64,000 nt of DNA, from positions 123,690,001 to 123,754,000 of the forward strand of contig OX597820.1 in the NCBI GenBank assembly GCA_951406725.2, given 5' to 3'. Both the position numbers and the translations under genes were made by a program. The stretch is from Octopus vulgaris. Taxonomy: Eukaryota. Each line of letters starts with the position of its first letter. Position 1 is the stretch's first letter. Below are positions 39,490 through 54,265 of this stretch, piece after piece. The notes beneath the pieces were generated by a model. It made no database searches. It was not told the origin of the DNA and saw only the letters and a list, made by a program, of their open reading frames with translations.

Positions 39490-39768
39490 TGGCCCAGTGG
39501 TTAGGGCAGCGAACTCGCGGTCGCAGGATCGCGGTTTTGATTCCCAGACCCGGCGTTGTGAGTGTTTATTTAGCGAAAACATCTAAAGCTCCACGAGGCT
39601 CCGGCAGTAGGTGATGGTGGCGAACCCTGCTGTACTCTTTCACAACAACTTCCTCTCACTCTTTTTTCCTGTTTCTCTTGCTCAGTCACTTGCACGTCAA
39701 TTTCACGAGCAGGCTATTCAGTCAATCGGATTAACTGGAACCCTCGTCGTCTTAATCGATGGAGTGCC
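39490..39768 (+). mobile_element. tRNA-derived SINE, family A (internal deletion)
   Basis: Homologous to 23278-23643. Confidence 0.85.
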
Positions 39769-39769
39769 A

Positions 39770-39830
<61 letters not shown>

Positions 39831-40309
39831 CACACATGTGCGTATGTGTGTGTGTCATGAGGTATACGTTGCAATGCAGTTGCCGCAAATGGATGATAGA
39901 TATAACTTTCATAAATTTGAGCATAGAAACAAGTGCACCGTTATACAGGATCACTAAAAGTCTATCTGTGTGGTATTGGAACTGAGTATGGAAGACGGGA
40001 TTTATCCAATTCGGTCTGTTATTTTGTGTTTACAAAATTTCTATGGAAACTAATTTGGTTACCGACAATAATTCGAACTGTGTATTTGCACATGGAGCAA
40101 ACTAAATCTTATAATTTATTTGTTTTAAAACCTGACACAAGTCCAATAATTTCAAGAGGAAGGGTAAGTAGATTACATCGACACCAGTACGCATTCTCGA
40201 AAGGACGAATGACAGGCATAATTTCGACGGGATTTTTAATCAGAACGTAAAGAGACGGAAGAAATGCCGTTAAACATTTTGTCTGATATATTAACGGTAC
40301 TCTGAGAAA

Positions 40310-40512
40310 GCGTGGAACTGGCAGAAACGTTAGCAAGCCGGGCGTAATGCGTAGCCGTATTTCGTCTGCCGTTCGTTCTGAGTTCAAATTCCGCCGAGGT
40401 CGACTTTGCCTTTCATCCTTTCGGTGTCGATATACCAGTTACATACTGAAGTCGATTTTATCGACTGGTCTCCTCCCCAAAAATATCGGGCCTTGCGCCC
40501 AGAGAAGAAAAT
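40310..40512 (+). mobile_element. SINE family C
   Basis: Family C consensus. Confidence 0.8.
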
Positions 40513-41329
40513 AATATTTACGGTACTCTCAGCATGCCGAACTATTAAATAATTCCTTCTACTATAGGCAAAATTCCTGAAATTTTGGGGAAGAAGCTAG
40601 CCGATTACGTGGGCTCAAGTACTGAACTATAACCTATACCGACACCAAAGAATGAAATTCATCCTCAGTGGAATTTGAATTGAGAACGTACAACCGCAAG
40701 AAATACCGGAAAGCATTTTGCCTGAATCGTTAATATACTGGCGGTTCACCGCTTTACTAAATAATTTTAGCAAAAACAATCGAACTACTAGAGAACGTTA
40801 TTACATTTCATTTCTATCAATTGTAATTTCTATCCATATTCAGCTTGAACGCTAATAAAATTGTCGAAGTATGGAAAATGGCTCTGACGTCTATGATTAC
40901 ATAAAATCTAAATTAGCGAATATGATTGCAGATGCTAGCCATCAGTGGTATTCAAATAATTAATGAATAAAAATTAACAAAATCATTATTTATTAATGCA
41001 AAAATATATTTTAGGTCAAAAGTTACAGCCGTTGAATTGAATTTGTTATAGGAGTTAAATAGGAACGTATCTCTTTCCTTTATATTTGATTAACGAACTA
41101 ACAAATGAGAAATACGAAAACTGTAATTAAGTTAAAAAGAAACCAAACCAAAAGGAAATCTATTTTTGTTTTGTGCGGCAGGGCATAATATTGGTTACGG
41201 AGCATAAAAAGATGTGTTTTTGAAAATCAGAGTAACAACAGAAAATGAGAAATATAATCGTACAGTAACTGTTTTGAACTGAAAACAGAGTTTCAGGCTG
41301 AATGCATTTGAGGATCTAACTACTTCCCT

Positions 41330-41332
41330 ATA

Positions 41333-41417
<85 letters not shown>

Positions 41418-41663
41418 GTCTGTCTGTCTGTCTGTCTGTATATCTGCCTCTCTGTCTGTATGTCCGCCTGTCTGCTTGTATGTCTGTATATCTGCCTGTC
41501 TGCCTATCTGTCTGTATATCTGCCTGTCTGCCTGTCTGTCTGTATATCTGTCTGTTTGTATGTCTGTCTGCCTGCCTGCCTGCATGCCTGCTGCTGTCTT
41601 TTGTCTGCATTTTCTGTCTGTCTGTTTGTCTGCATTTTCTGTCTGTCTGTCTGTCTATCTGTC
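41330..41663. repeat. (ATCT)n/(GTCT)n microsatellite
   Basis: Directly visible. Confidence 0.95.
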
Positions 41664-42492
41664 TACCCAAATGAAATCGGAATGTTGCAATGTTACTTTA
41701 TTCACATAGCTTTACACTTTTATCGCCTCCACAATATGTATTCTCCATTTGAAGCGATGCATCAGTCCAGACACGTTTTCCACTGTTCGATGTGATACTT
41801 TTTAACGCCTCCGTCGTTTTTTTTCTTCACTTCTACATCCGCAAATTCCGTAGCATCAAATTTCATCACCAGTGATGACATTGGGAGAAAGATCCTGATC
41901 AACACCCAACTGTTCTTTCAGTTCACGACACGCATTCAGTCGTAACTGCTTTTGATCTTCCGTGAACAAGCAAGGCACAAATTTTGCTGCAACTCTTTTC
42001 ATTTACAATTCCTCACACAAAACCTGTTCGCAGGATGTCAAGAACATCAATCATATCAATAATTTCCTCGATTGTCGGTCCTCTACGATCAGTTCATGAA
42101 TTTTCATGATAATTTCATTCGCTCAGGAGGTTGGCGGTCGCCTTAACGCGGTTGGTCTTCAAGCGACAAAGGACCATTCCTAAAGCGTGAAAAGCATTCG
42201 TAACCTTGTGTTTTGCTCATTTCAGTGGCCTAGTAAGCTGTTTTGATTCATGCCAACTGTTCTGGCCGTCGTTTTCCACAACAGAAAAGAGAATTTCACA
42301 GAAGCACGACGATCAGCGGTGAAGCACTACAAAGCAAAGACGCACCACGTGACTGTATGACTGCACTCGACGACGCATGTCGGCAGACTAATGTCTAAGG
42401 GTTGCATCAAGTGGCCTCTGGCGGCGGAATCCTGGACCACAATGGGCTTGTCCCACAGAGAATGTTTCCGGGTACTTTTGGGTACCCCTTCG
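41664..42492 (-). mobile_element. Internally deleted mariner element
   Basis: Minus strand VAAKFVPCLFTEDQKQLRLNACRELKEQL...VITGDE; terminus ...GGGTACCCCTTCG|TA. Confidence 0.82.
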
Positions 42493-42873
42493 TATGTATG
42501 TATGCATGTATGCATCTATGTATGTATATATGTATGTATGTATGTATGTATGTAATGTATCTATCTATCTATCTATATATATATATTTTAAGACATGCAT
42601 GTATATATACACATATACATGTGTGTATGTGTGTGTGTGTGTGTGTGCGCGCGCGTTTGTGTAGGAATGTGTTTGTGTGTCCTCTCCACCACCGTTTCGC
42701 AACTGGTGTTGGCTTGTTTAGGACTCCGTAGCTTAGCGTTTCGGCAAAAGTATCGGTAGAATAAGAACCGGATTGAAAAGAGACACTGGGCGTGATTAGT
42801 TCGACTTAAAATTCGTCATAGCGATACTCTAGCATGGCTTCAACGTAATGAAAACTAAGGGATGATTAAAAGG

Positions 42874-42977
<104 letters not shown>

Positions 42978-43048
42978 GGAGTACCTAATTCGCGGAATTT
43001 CTTTTCAACATGGGATTACAATACGCCATTTCTGCACCTTGATTGTGA

Positions 43049-43104
<56 letters not shown>

Positions 43105-44013
43105 TACATTAGAGATAAAACCACTATTAGGCAAATCAATATAATATAATATAATATAATATATTTATACTATAAAATTGGATTTGATCGTAAATCTAAT
43201 TTTTCCCTGTAAGTTTGGATTTATTTCCTAATATTATTATATATATATATATATATATATGTATATTTATGATGTTTGTATACACCCAATAGCCTCAGCC
43301 TATTGACTGAAATGAGTGAAGGAATAATGCTCTCTCTCTCTCTCTCTATCACGATATACATACCTGCATACATACACACATATATACGTGTGTGTGTATA
43401 TATATTCACATGCTTATATCTCTAATTTTATGTAAGTTTATATATTCATGTATATATTTATACACATATCCATACCTAACATTTATCATATATATACATT
43501 AATATATTAACATACAATATTCCTTTAGAATAAAGATTTCAGTGAACTGTTGAATATTCCAGGTTTTTTAATCCATTGCATATTTGAAGAAGGTAGCTTT
43601 TTTTCTCACGTAAAATTACATGCCGTAATGGAGTCATAGAGATTTAAAGCTGTGTCTGGTATGCAATGTGCATATGTACGGGCGTGAACGACTATTTTGT
43701 AAGGAAGCTTATATATGTATGTATGTATATATAACTAAATAATTTGGAGTCAGCAAGAATGTATAGTTGGACATCTATTTGTAATCACTACAATTGTTTC
43801 CACGCATCGTGGTGCTCTTATTCAATTATCTATTCACACACTACAGAATCCCCGACGCAAATCTGGCAATACTACTCCTGGAGAGCTCCAGGGGAAATCT
43901 GAAGGCGGATCAGCTTCATACTGTGCTCTACTATGTTCTTAACGGAATATAACATAGCGGTAATGCATGTATGTATATCGTGATAGAGAGAGAGAGAGAG
44001 AGCGCTTTATTCC

Positions 44014-44044
<31 letters not shown>

Positions 44045-44060
44045 TTATTTTATAGAAGGA

Positions 44061-44109
44061 GTTTCTACAGGACTAGAACTGTTTCATTCAAAAGAAATCA
44101 TCAGGAAAC
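44061..44109 (-). ncRNA. Type I hammerhead ribozyme motif isolated within (AT)n
   Basis: GTTTC-CTGATGA-TTTC TTTT GAAT-GAA-ACAG(TTCTAGTC)CTGT-A-GAAAC. Stems I and III are perfect, the cleavage triplet is GUA, and there is a U.U mismatch at the base of stem II. Confidence 0.7.
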
Positions 44110-44530
44110 ATATATATATATATATATGTGTGTGTATGTGTGTGTGCGCCCGCGTGTGTGTGTGTTCGCGCGTGTGTGCGCGCTTTTCCACGATGTGTGA
44201 GAATATGTAGCACCAAGATCAAATTTGATATTTCATCTCTAAGAACGTTTCCCAATTCTCTTCAATATGCCATAATACATATACGCATACATTTGTACAT
44301 ACACATAAACATATACATATACACACAAAAACAAATACACAAACACACACATACTTGTGACCTTCCGTACGCATTTTATTTTACAGATTTTCTTCCATTG
44401 TTCCTGAGCATTAAACTAATATGCGCTGTTCGATACTCTTTCAACTGTCATCATGTTTCTTTTGTATGTTTTGCAACCGCACACACTCACACGCACACAG
44501 ACAAACAGAGACACACACAGACACACATGC

Positions 44531-44892
<362 letters not shown>

Positions 44893-46119
44893 GCCTGTGT
44901 GAGTGTGTGTCACGGCATGCAAGAAAACCTCTGCTTATAACACAACTGGGGCCAATTAGTCTTTTTCTTACGCGTAAAATGTTCGCATAAAAATATCTGT
45001 AACAAAAATAATGTAAGAAATGCAGTCGTTAGATCATGCGGCAGGAATATTAAAGAGTAATGATCAGAAGCATAGGTCTATGATAACCTTCTCTATAATT
45101 ACAGTGATATCAAATTAGAAATACTACTTATGTCTCGATTCTGCAAATTGACTGGATATTTAAAAAAAATTTATATATCATTTTTTTATGTATATGTTAA
45201 TGTATCATATTTATTATGTAGTATATTAACTTAATTTTTTAAAACTCGTTGTATCAACTGTTCTAATATTCAATTTTATATTTTATATTTCCACTGTATG
45301 ATCTAATGATTTTAGTTTTTTTTCCTTTATATCATATTTGCACACACACACACACACTCACATGCAACACACACACATGCACAAACAGACTGATGTTACT
45401 ACATGTACATATATACATGTATGTGTGTGTGTATATATACAATATTTATATATATATATATATATGTATATATGATCTCCCTTTTTAGTAGAAGAAATAG
45501 CTATAACTCTTTGACTGCTATTTCTAAATTCGGTCTGTGGTAAGGCAATTCGTTGCTAAACCCTTTATTGCTTAGTATATATATATACATATATATATGT
45601 GCGTGTGTGTGTATATACACATATATCTGCACATACACATACCTATACAAACGTATATATATATATATATATGTCAATGTGTTTGCGTTTGTGATTGTGC
45701 ATGTGTAGGTGTGTCCGTATCTTTCTAGCGATCTACGATATTCTAATCAAACTATGATCTGTCTCCGTCTCTGCTTATCATCTTTGTTGTATATGTACAC
45801 GCGCGCGCGCGCGCACACCCACCCGCATATCTATCTGCAAACATATGCGTGTGCTGTATACAGCGTGTATACATATGCATGTGCTGTTTTTATACATATG
45901 TGTATGTATATATTTCTGTGTGTGTATGTGTGTCCTTGTGTATTTAATGGTATATATTGTATGTGTGTATATGTTTATATATATATATATATATATGCAC
46001 ACTTTTGATCCATAGAGTATATTGGCCAGGATACTGGGGTAGGTGGCCAGGTCTTTCCCCAGGCCAGAGCAGTTTAGCCAGTATACTTACCATATGTCAT
46101 TGCCACACCCAGCACCACG

Positions 46120-46292
46120 GTGAGGAGAACGGTTGGGCTTTGGAGGGGGACCAAGAACCCGCTGGCTTGACACCATCAAGAGAGATACCGGAATGGGCAT
46201 AGCCAATCTGAAAGAAGCGGCCCAGGATAGAGCTGACTGGAGGGCACTGATCCAACGAGTAACCGAGAGTCGACTTCGACTGAGCGCGGATA
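46120..46292 (+). mobile_element. RTE/BovB-like LINE extreme 3' fragment
   Basis: GGPRTRWLDTIKRDTGMGIANLKEAAQDRADWRALIQRVTESRLRL. Confidence 0.8.
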
Positions 46293-47109
46293 AGAGAGAG
46301 ATATACATGCACACGTATGTATATACATGTGCACATGTATTTACTTAAGTGTATATCTATCTATCTATCTATTTATCTGTGTATCTATCTATCGATCTAT
46401 CTATCTACCTATCTTCTATATATTCAGGCATATTGATATTCATACGTATATTTGTGTAGTGAGGTATATATTAAAAACACAACATAGAACCGCTGTTTAA
46501 AGCTACATGTTTTCCTATATATTACGCAGGGTGCATCCGTATTCAGATATGGAATCATTTTTTTAAACCTGGCATTCCTTTCTCTTCATATGCAAAACAT
46601 TACTTATGTGTACTCGAAAAAGATGAGTGGGAGTGTTCTCCTCGGTGTATTTACTACATTCTTTCAAATGTTACTTTCATGAACAGATTCTTTATGCCAT
46701 GTTATATTTTACACGCCGAGTATATCCTAAGAATGAAGTAAGTTTGTGTAATATATGAAATGCTAACCTCCAGATAATTCATACCATGCATATCTATCTT
46801 TGTTTCTATCTTTCTATCATTGTGCATGTGCACGTTTCCTTGCATTTGGTATATGTAATTGTGTAATTGCTTCCTACTATGGCTAAGTATAAAGCAAATC
46901 TATATTAGGAAGTTTGTTCGATATATGAAGTATTAGAAAATGGCTTCCTTAACAGAACTAGGACTTACGTAGCTTATGTAAACAGGTTTGCATCACGTCA
47001 CATCTTTATCTTATATTGTATCAGTTCATCCGTTAAGATATACAGTTTTTTGTAGTAGACTTTGAAGAAATAGCAAAAAGCTAGTAAGGTACTAATTTAA
47101 TCTACTATA

Positions 47110-48215
47110 TATTAACCGTTTGAATCAATAACATTTTTCCAACACTGTAAAAGGGTGTTGTGCCATTCCTATAGAAATCAGTTGACGTAGAAGAGAAAAA
47201 CACTCTTGAAGGCCTGTTTCAAGTGCTTTTAAGGAACAGTATTCTTTTCCATCAATGATATTTTGGAGGCTTCACAATAACGGATTATTCGAAAGAACAC
47301 GGTCAGGAGAATACGCTGGATGTGGAAGCCTTTGCCAACCTGGCTCTGCAATCTTGGCACATATGATTCTTCCTCTATGAAGTCTGGCATGTCATAAGGG
47401 AAAATGACATCCTTTCGATTGACTAGAGAGCACCTTCTTTTCTGGAAGTGTTTCATTAAGTCTTTCACAGTGCACTTGAAAGCAGTAATTGTCTGGATTG
47501 GTGGCACGGTTTCAAGGTATATTACACCAAACACGTCCCACCAGACGCTTAATAAAACTTTCCAAGGATAAGGATCTTGTTTTGTATGGGGTCTTGCTTG
47601 TTCCTATTACCATTCTTATAAGTAATCCACTCTTCACCACCGGTTGCCAGATAATGTAAATATGAAGATTGTTCTCACGTGCAGATATTGACTTGATCAC
47701 TCAGTTCATGTGCAACCTACTTGTCAAGAGTGGACACCATTCCAACAAGTTCTGGTAAATGGTAATGGACGATTGTTGCTCTTTAACTGCTTGCTCTTTA
47801 ACTGTTGCATATTGATTTCTTTCAGTAGCGGCTTTCAACTCATCATTATCAAAAGAGCCAGGGCGCCCAGAGAAGCGGGCATCTTTCAAGCTAAATTCCC
47901 CATGTCAAAATGGAACCATCGTTAGCCCTTGCGAATATTCAAAACACTTTCATCACACACTTCTTACACATTTTTTACAACATTTGTTGCATTGTTGCTC
48001 TTTTTTATACTCGTAGAGCATGAAATGTCTAATGTGGTCCTCTATGACCTCTATTTTCATGAGAAACTATTAAATCAAATCATTATCTATGTGACTGCAA
48101 GTTAGAATGGAAATGCACCCGTGAAAAAAATCTTATTTAAACGTATTAGAGAGCATGTTTCAACAAATACGGTCTCAAAAACGACATTACTTATGAGATA
48201 ACCTGATAAAAAATA
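47110..48215 (-). mobile_element. Heavily decayed mariner element
   Basis: Minus strand from about 48060: MKIEVIEDHIRHFMLYEYKK...KDARFSGRPGSFDNDELKA...; similar to the 18221 element; many disablements. Confidence 0.8.
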
Positions 48216-48779
48216 ATCCATATACATTGTGTTTCCGCGAAATAATCCTCCGTCTATTTTCCTTTGAGATTCTGTTTGACACAAACACTTGTATAATGTT
48301 CTATATAACCATTTAAATGTTAACGATGTGGTTCAAAACGCTGAAATAATTTATGCATAGTGAACTGGTAGATTTGAAATTGCAACTTTTTTTTTTCTAG
48401 CACATATTTTACATTATAATCCACTACACCACTGAATATGTATCATATGATTTCCATCTTTCTTATATTATGGTTATCTGTTCTTGATCTAATATACTTA
48501 AAATATATTTCATATATATTTCCTGCAATATTTCTGCTTTCTCAATTACTCTTCTTTCATTTTTATATATTAATGTAATTTTTCTGAGATAAGAGTCTGG
48601 AATTTTATTTTTCATTTTTCTCATTTTCCTGCTTTAACTTAGATATTTGTGTTTATGCGTCAGCTTCTCTCATCTCTTTAACGCTCTCTACTTCTCTTTC
48701 CTTCTCTCTTCATGTATGAGTGTGTGTGTACAATATGTGTATATTTTACATGTAAATACACATATAATATATCCATCCA

Positions 48780-48781
48780 TC

Positions 48782-48873
<92 letters not shown>

Positions 48874-48944
48874 GTCTGTCTGTCTATCTATCTATCCATC
48901 TATCTATCTATCTATCCATCCATCCATCCATCCATCTATCCATA

Positions 48945-49000
<56 letters not shown>

Positions 49001-49050
49001 CATCTATCTATCTATCTATATCTATCTATCCATCTATCTATATATCTATC
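48780..49050. repeat. (ATCT)n/(ATCC)n microsatellite
   Basis: Directly visible. Confidence 0.97.
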
Positions 49051-49439
49051 TAACTCACATAATATGACGTGTGTTAATTTAAGGTGACAAGTATATACAT
49101 TTAGTGCTCTGTTTGACATGCTACATAAGCTCCAACTTCAACTGTAACTAAGAAGGTATCGATGTCATTGGCAGCAAATACAGAAAGGAGGATTGGTGCG
49201 TAGGAAGTATTTCAATATATCCGGTACTTATATAATAGAATAAAAGTATAAAGGCAACTGGTATCGGGTGAGATAATTAACCTATATATTTAAACATTGA
49301 CACAACAAGGGGACAGAATTGCTTGTTTCACGATTATAGATCACAAGATCTCGATAAAAAATCAGTTGAATAATAGTTGAATAATGTTCGTAATGGTTTT
49401 GGCATATACCAAGATTCTCTCCGAACACATATAAGGGAA

Positions 49440-49635
49440 GTACGAACACTCCCTCCTCAACTAAGTGATTTAAAACAATTTTCAAAATGTGAACTTTCCT
49501 CATACCAGCTTTGGCCTCAATTCTGAAATATGCAGATATTTCCAATAAATTCAATCTGTGCAAGACACCGACTGTTTCAGGGTTTGGGGATTTGAGAGAC
49601 TCCTCTAGTTTAAACGCCGTATTTGCTGGTTTCAC
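49440..49635 (-). pseudogene. Gypsy (Gmr1-like) gag N-terminal remnant
   Basis: AFKLEESLKSPNPE...LLEISAYFRI..KAGMRKVHILKIVLNHLVEEGVF resembles the helical N-terminus of this gag family (recalled, not searched). Confidence 0.5.
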
Positions 49636-49961
49636 AGTTAACTTGTTTGCAAAAGAAAATGCAGAATTTTGAAATAGATTTATTTCTTTTTTTTCGTATT
49701 TTTATTTATTTTTCTGTTATGAATAATTATATAAAGATATCAGTTAATTAACTTGTTTATCTCATATTTTTGAAAGGCTATAATACTTACAAAGTAAGTT
49801 TGTTCCGAAACTTTTAATTTCTGTTTGTGTGTATAACAAAACGTGTCTCTGAATAATATAATTTAATTCAATGTAATTTCTTCAAAATTGCTTCCTAGAT
49901 TTTCGTAATTTTAGACTACCACACATATGCAAATACTTTATATATATATATATATATATTG

Positions 49962-50195
49962 TTACTCTTTTATTCTTTTACTTGTTTCGGTCATTGAACT
50001 GCAGCCATGCTGGAACAGTGCCTTTAAGGGTTTTTTAGTCGAATAAATCATCCTCAAGACTTATTCTTTGTAAACCTAGTACTTATTCCATCGGTCTCTT
50101 TTGCTGAACTGCTAAGTTATGGGGATGTAAACACACTAACATCCGATGTGAGGCTATGGTGGAGGACAAACACAAACACACACACACTAATACAC
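49962..50195 (-). mobile_element. SINE family B, 3' half
   Basis: Reverse-complement match to 22880-23080. Confidence 0.75.
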
Positions 50196-50733
50196 ACACA
50201 CAACTGGAATGAGGAAAACCTCATGGTGAGGACAGATTGCTGGCACTGTAATAGTTTTGTTCTGTTGGTTGTCCCTTGCGCCGTTGTAGATCAATGGGTT
50301 TAGAACTACGCCTTCACTATTTTGTGGTCCCTCTGTCTGATCTTTGCCCTTCATCAAGTATTATGCTTCTCAACTTTAGTTTTACATTAGCTTTTGAGTT
50401 TCGAATTGAATTTAGACAGTGTGCTTCTCGAACCATTAAGTAATTAAGCAGTTTTAGTGACTCAGACTCCAAACATTCGTACTGCATCAATTTGTCTACT
50501 TTGGAAATCACATGGGTTATTCATTTTATTTTTCTTAAATATAAATATCTGCAGAGGGAAAAAATAGGCCCTGAAATGTGCATAAGAACACATACAGAGA
50601 CTAGACAAGTCCTGAATTTGACATATTGCTATTAGAAAACATAGCTATAAATCAAATGCGCTGTTTACGTTATTTTGTCCAACCCTGGACTTATAATTAT
50701 TTTCATTGGGATGTTTAATATTTGAATATTCTT

Positions 50734-51318
50734 AAGGCGGCGAACTGGCCAAAACGTTAGCACGCCGGGTCAAATGCTTAGTGGTATTTTGTCTGCCGTT
50801 ACGTTCTGAATTCAAATTTCGCCGAGGTCGACTTTGCCTTTCATCCCTTCGGGGTCGATAAATTAAGTACCAGTTACGCACTGGGGTCAATGTAATCGAC
50901 TTAATCCGTTTGTCTGTCCTTGTTTGCCCCCTCTGTGTTTAGCCCCTTGTGGGTAGAAAAGAAATAGGTATTTTGTCTGCCATTAAGTTCTGAGTTCAAA
51001 TTCCGCCGAAGTCGATTTTGCGTTCCATCGTTTCGGGGTCGATTAAATAAGTACCAGTTACGTACTGGGGTCAATATAATCGACTTTATCCGTTTGTCTG
51101 TTCTTGTTTGTCCTCTCTGTTTTTAGCCCTTTGTGAGTAATAAAGAAATAGGTATTTTGTCCGTCTTTACTTTCTGAGTTCAAATTCCGCCGAGGTCGAC
51201 TTTGCCTTTCATCCTTTCGGGGTTGATAAATTTAGTACCAGTTACGTTCTCCGGTCGATCTAAACGACTGGCCCCCTCACCCAAAATTTAGGGCCTTGTG
51301 CCTAGAGCAGAAAAGAAT
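50734..51318 (+). mobile_element. SINE family C with tandem body (184-bp period, 3 units)
   Basis: Units start at 50783, 50967 and 51151. Confidence 0.88.
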
Positions 51319-51671
51319 ATACCAATATATATACTATTTATAATGTGCATACAAACTTAGAACTGTACTGTGAACTAGAACCACTAGGAGTCGATCAGGT
51401 TAAATCTCACTAAACTGCCATGTTTTTACAACTGTGATGGTAACTATCAGCATTATTTCATCGAAGATCATCAGCATCATGACGTCTAGCCATATTTCTC
51501 TGCTTATTTTGCCGATATAATTCGTGTTGAACAGCATCTCATGTTGATGTTGTTTCTCAAACGGAATTTTACGTCGATAAGAATTTTGTACTAGGGTTTC
51601 TATTCTTTCACGAAGTTCATGATGTCTCTTAGAATCAGCTTGTCGAAGAGACTGTTTTTGTCCCTGATGTA

Positions 51672-52870
51672 CGAGGGGCGTTCAATAAGTAATGCCCCTG
51701 ACCCACTTCCCATAGCAGTAGAGCAACGAAACTTGGCACAGTTATTAGTCTTTTTCTACATAGAAACCACCCAGAGTTACGCATTTCTCCCATTGTTTGA
51801 TGCAGCTCTGGAGACCATTTTTGTAGAAGACCCCAGCTTGGTCCTCCAACCTGACCGTGACTTCAGAAATCAAGGCTGCATCATCTGGGAAACGCTTTCC
51901 TTTCACAAACAACTTCATGACTGAGAAGAGGTGAAAATCAGAGGGTGCAAGGTCAGGAAAGTAGGGGGATGTGGGAGGAGTTCATAGCCATACGCCTGTG
52001 CTTCTGATCTGGCGACAAGCGAGTTATGGACCGGCGCGTTTTCCTGCAGGAGGAGGATGCATTTGCTGATCTTGCCACGCCTCTTGATTATGATAACTTC
52101 TTTTAATTTCCTCAAAAGTGAAGCATAATAGGCTCCTGTAATTGTGGTACCCTTTGCCAGGAAATCTGTCATCACTACTCCGTCCTGGTCCCAGAAGACT
52201 GTGAGCATGAAAGGATGAAAGGCAAAGTCGACCTTGCCAGCGGAGGGCTGCACCCTTGCCTTCTTTGGAGGGGGTGAGTCACGGTGCTTCCACTGCATTG
52301 ACTGGGCTTTGGTCTCTGGATCATCGTGATGGACCCAGGTTTCATCCCGTGTAATCAGTCTTTTGAAAGATTTTGACTAATCTTCTTGGCACATCTCCAA
52401 ATTCACCCTCGAGCACTCGACGCGTTCTTGCTTCTGGAAAGGCGTGAGCAACCTGGGAATCCATCTGGCAGACACCTTTTGCATATGCAAATGGTCATGA
52501 ATGATAGTTTCCACAGACCCGGTACTAATCTTGACCTCATGGGCTATTTGGCGAATAATTATGCGTCGATCTTCCAAAATGGCAGCCTCAACTTGACGGA
52601 CAGACGTCTCATCAACGGCAGAAGGGGCGACCAGATCTGGGAGCTGTTTCCACAGAGTTCCGACCATGTTTGAATTCACGATGCCAGCGTTTTACAAGGT
52701 CATATAATGGGGCATCATCACCATAAGTTACTTTCATTTCATCAAAAGTCTCCCGTGGTGTGCATCCTTTCAAATACAAAAACCGGATCACTGCTCGACA
52801 CTCAACAGGCTCCATTTTACACTTGACTCGGTTCAAACATCTGTAAATCAGAAACCACAATTAATTCAGA
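51672..52870 (-). mobile_element. Mariner (irritans-like) element with disrupted transposase
   Basis: From 52815: MEPVECRAVIRFLYLKG...RSGRP...SARWIPRLL...ITRDETWVHH...SAGKV..MLTVFWD...LLQENAPVH...LPHPP; TIR TA|CGAGGGGCGTTCAATAAGT at 51670. Confidence 0.93.
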
Positions 52871-53091
52871 CCTTCGCATGGTCTGCCGCTGCGTCGCTGC
52901 TTATCCTTGTGAAATTAAAGGTTCTTCTTATATGCAAAATTGTTCAATAATAAAATGAATTTTAACATGGCCGTAAGAAAATAATCGTTCAACTATTTCT
53001 CTGAAACTACTGAATGGGGGAAACTGAGGTAGACAATGCTTGTGGGATGCTTAATTAATAATGTGTTGAGTGAGAGATTGAGGTAAAAACA

Positions 53092-53132
<41 letters not shown>

Positions 53133-54099
53133 GAGAGAGAGAGAGAGAGAGGGATAGAGAGTAGATGGTATTTCTTATTGTAAAGAAAGTAAATGATTAG
53201 AATTTAGCGGAAAAAGAATGAATATTTGTAACTTTCGTTCGAGAAAATTGAAGAACGGAGATTCACTACTTTCTTTCTATTTTCTTATAAACATTTCTTT
53301 TAAAAGAAATAAATATAAGTTAAATGAGTGACTCTAACGATCGTGTTTAGAAATGCATATATGTGTGGGGGGGAGGTGTGCATACATAGGTACGTACGTA
53401 CTTACTAACCTACCTAGAGAGAGAGAGAGAGAGAAACAGACAGACAAGGTAGAACCACTGGGCGTCCATCAGGTTAAATCTCCAATCACGATGATTCAAC
53501 CTGATTTGTTTTATTCGGAGACAAATATCTCTGTTGTTCTGAGTTAAGAAGACGAAAATGCTTCTTCCATTCCAAAACATTTACAGATATATTGTAATAA
53601 ATTATACATTTTCAGGATTTCTTGGTTTACTTAGAGATAATATACCAACCGTGTTATTTTGCATAATTTACAAAATAACAATTTCTTATTCAGTACTAAA
53701 AGTCCTCGGTGTAAGATTATGTAAGAAATTTTTATTCCGTACTGATATTTTCGGTGCCTACTTATTTTATCCTTAAATATTTAAAAAACAGACTTCATGG
53801 TTCCAACATATTTCTTTTTGTTACATGATTGCTACTGCTACGTCCCTGCATTCTGATCGTAATTTAGTCGCTTATACTTATGTCAACGGTAAAAGTGTCA
53901 CCCATCACTTTTATACTTATGACTGGTCAGATTTAAACTGCATCATTTTTGTTGAACACATGGTATTCTTAACATTACTTACATCACTTTTATTTACGGC
54001 ATTATTGTTCACCCCAGCGTTTAATAATCGGTTGTTTACAATTTTCCTTCCTACGTAAGTAAACCAGTATTTCTGTTAAATACATTGGCATAACATTTG

Positions 54100-54265
<166 letters not shown>

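Noticed and set aside
50317-50511. 64-aa ORF as a host exon
   Set aside because: No recognisable domain or splice support.
50734-51318. CRISPR-like array
   Set aside because: Eukaryotic SINE tandem with no unique spacers and no cas genes.
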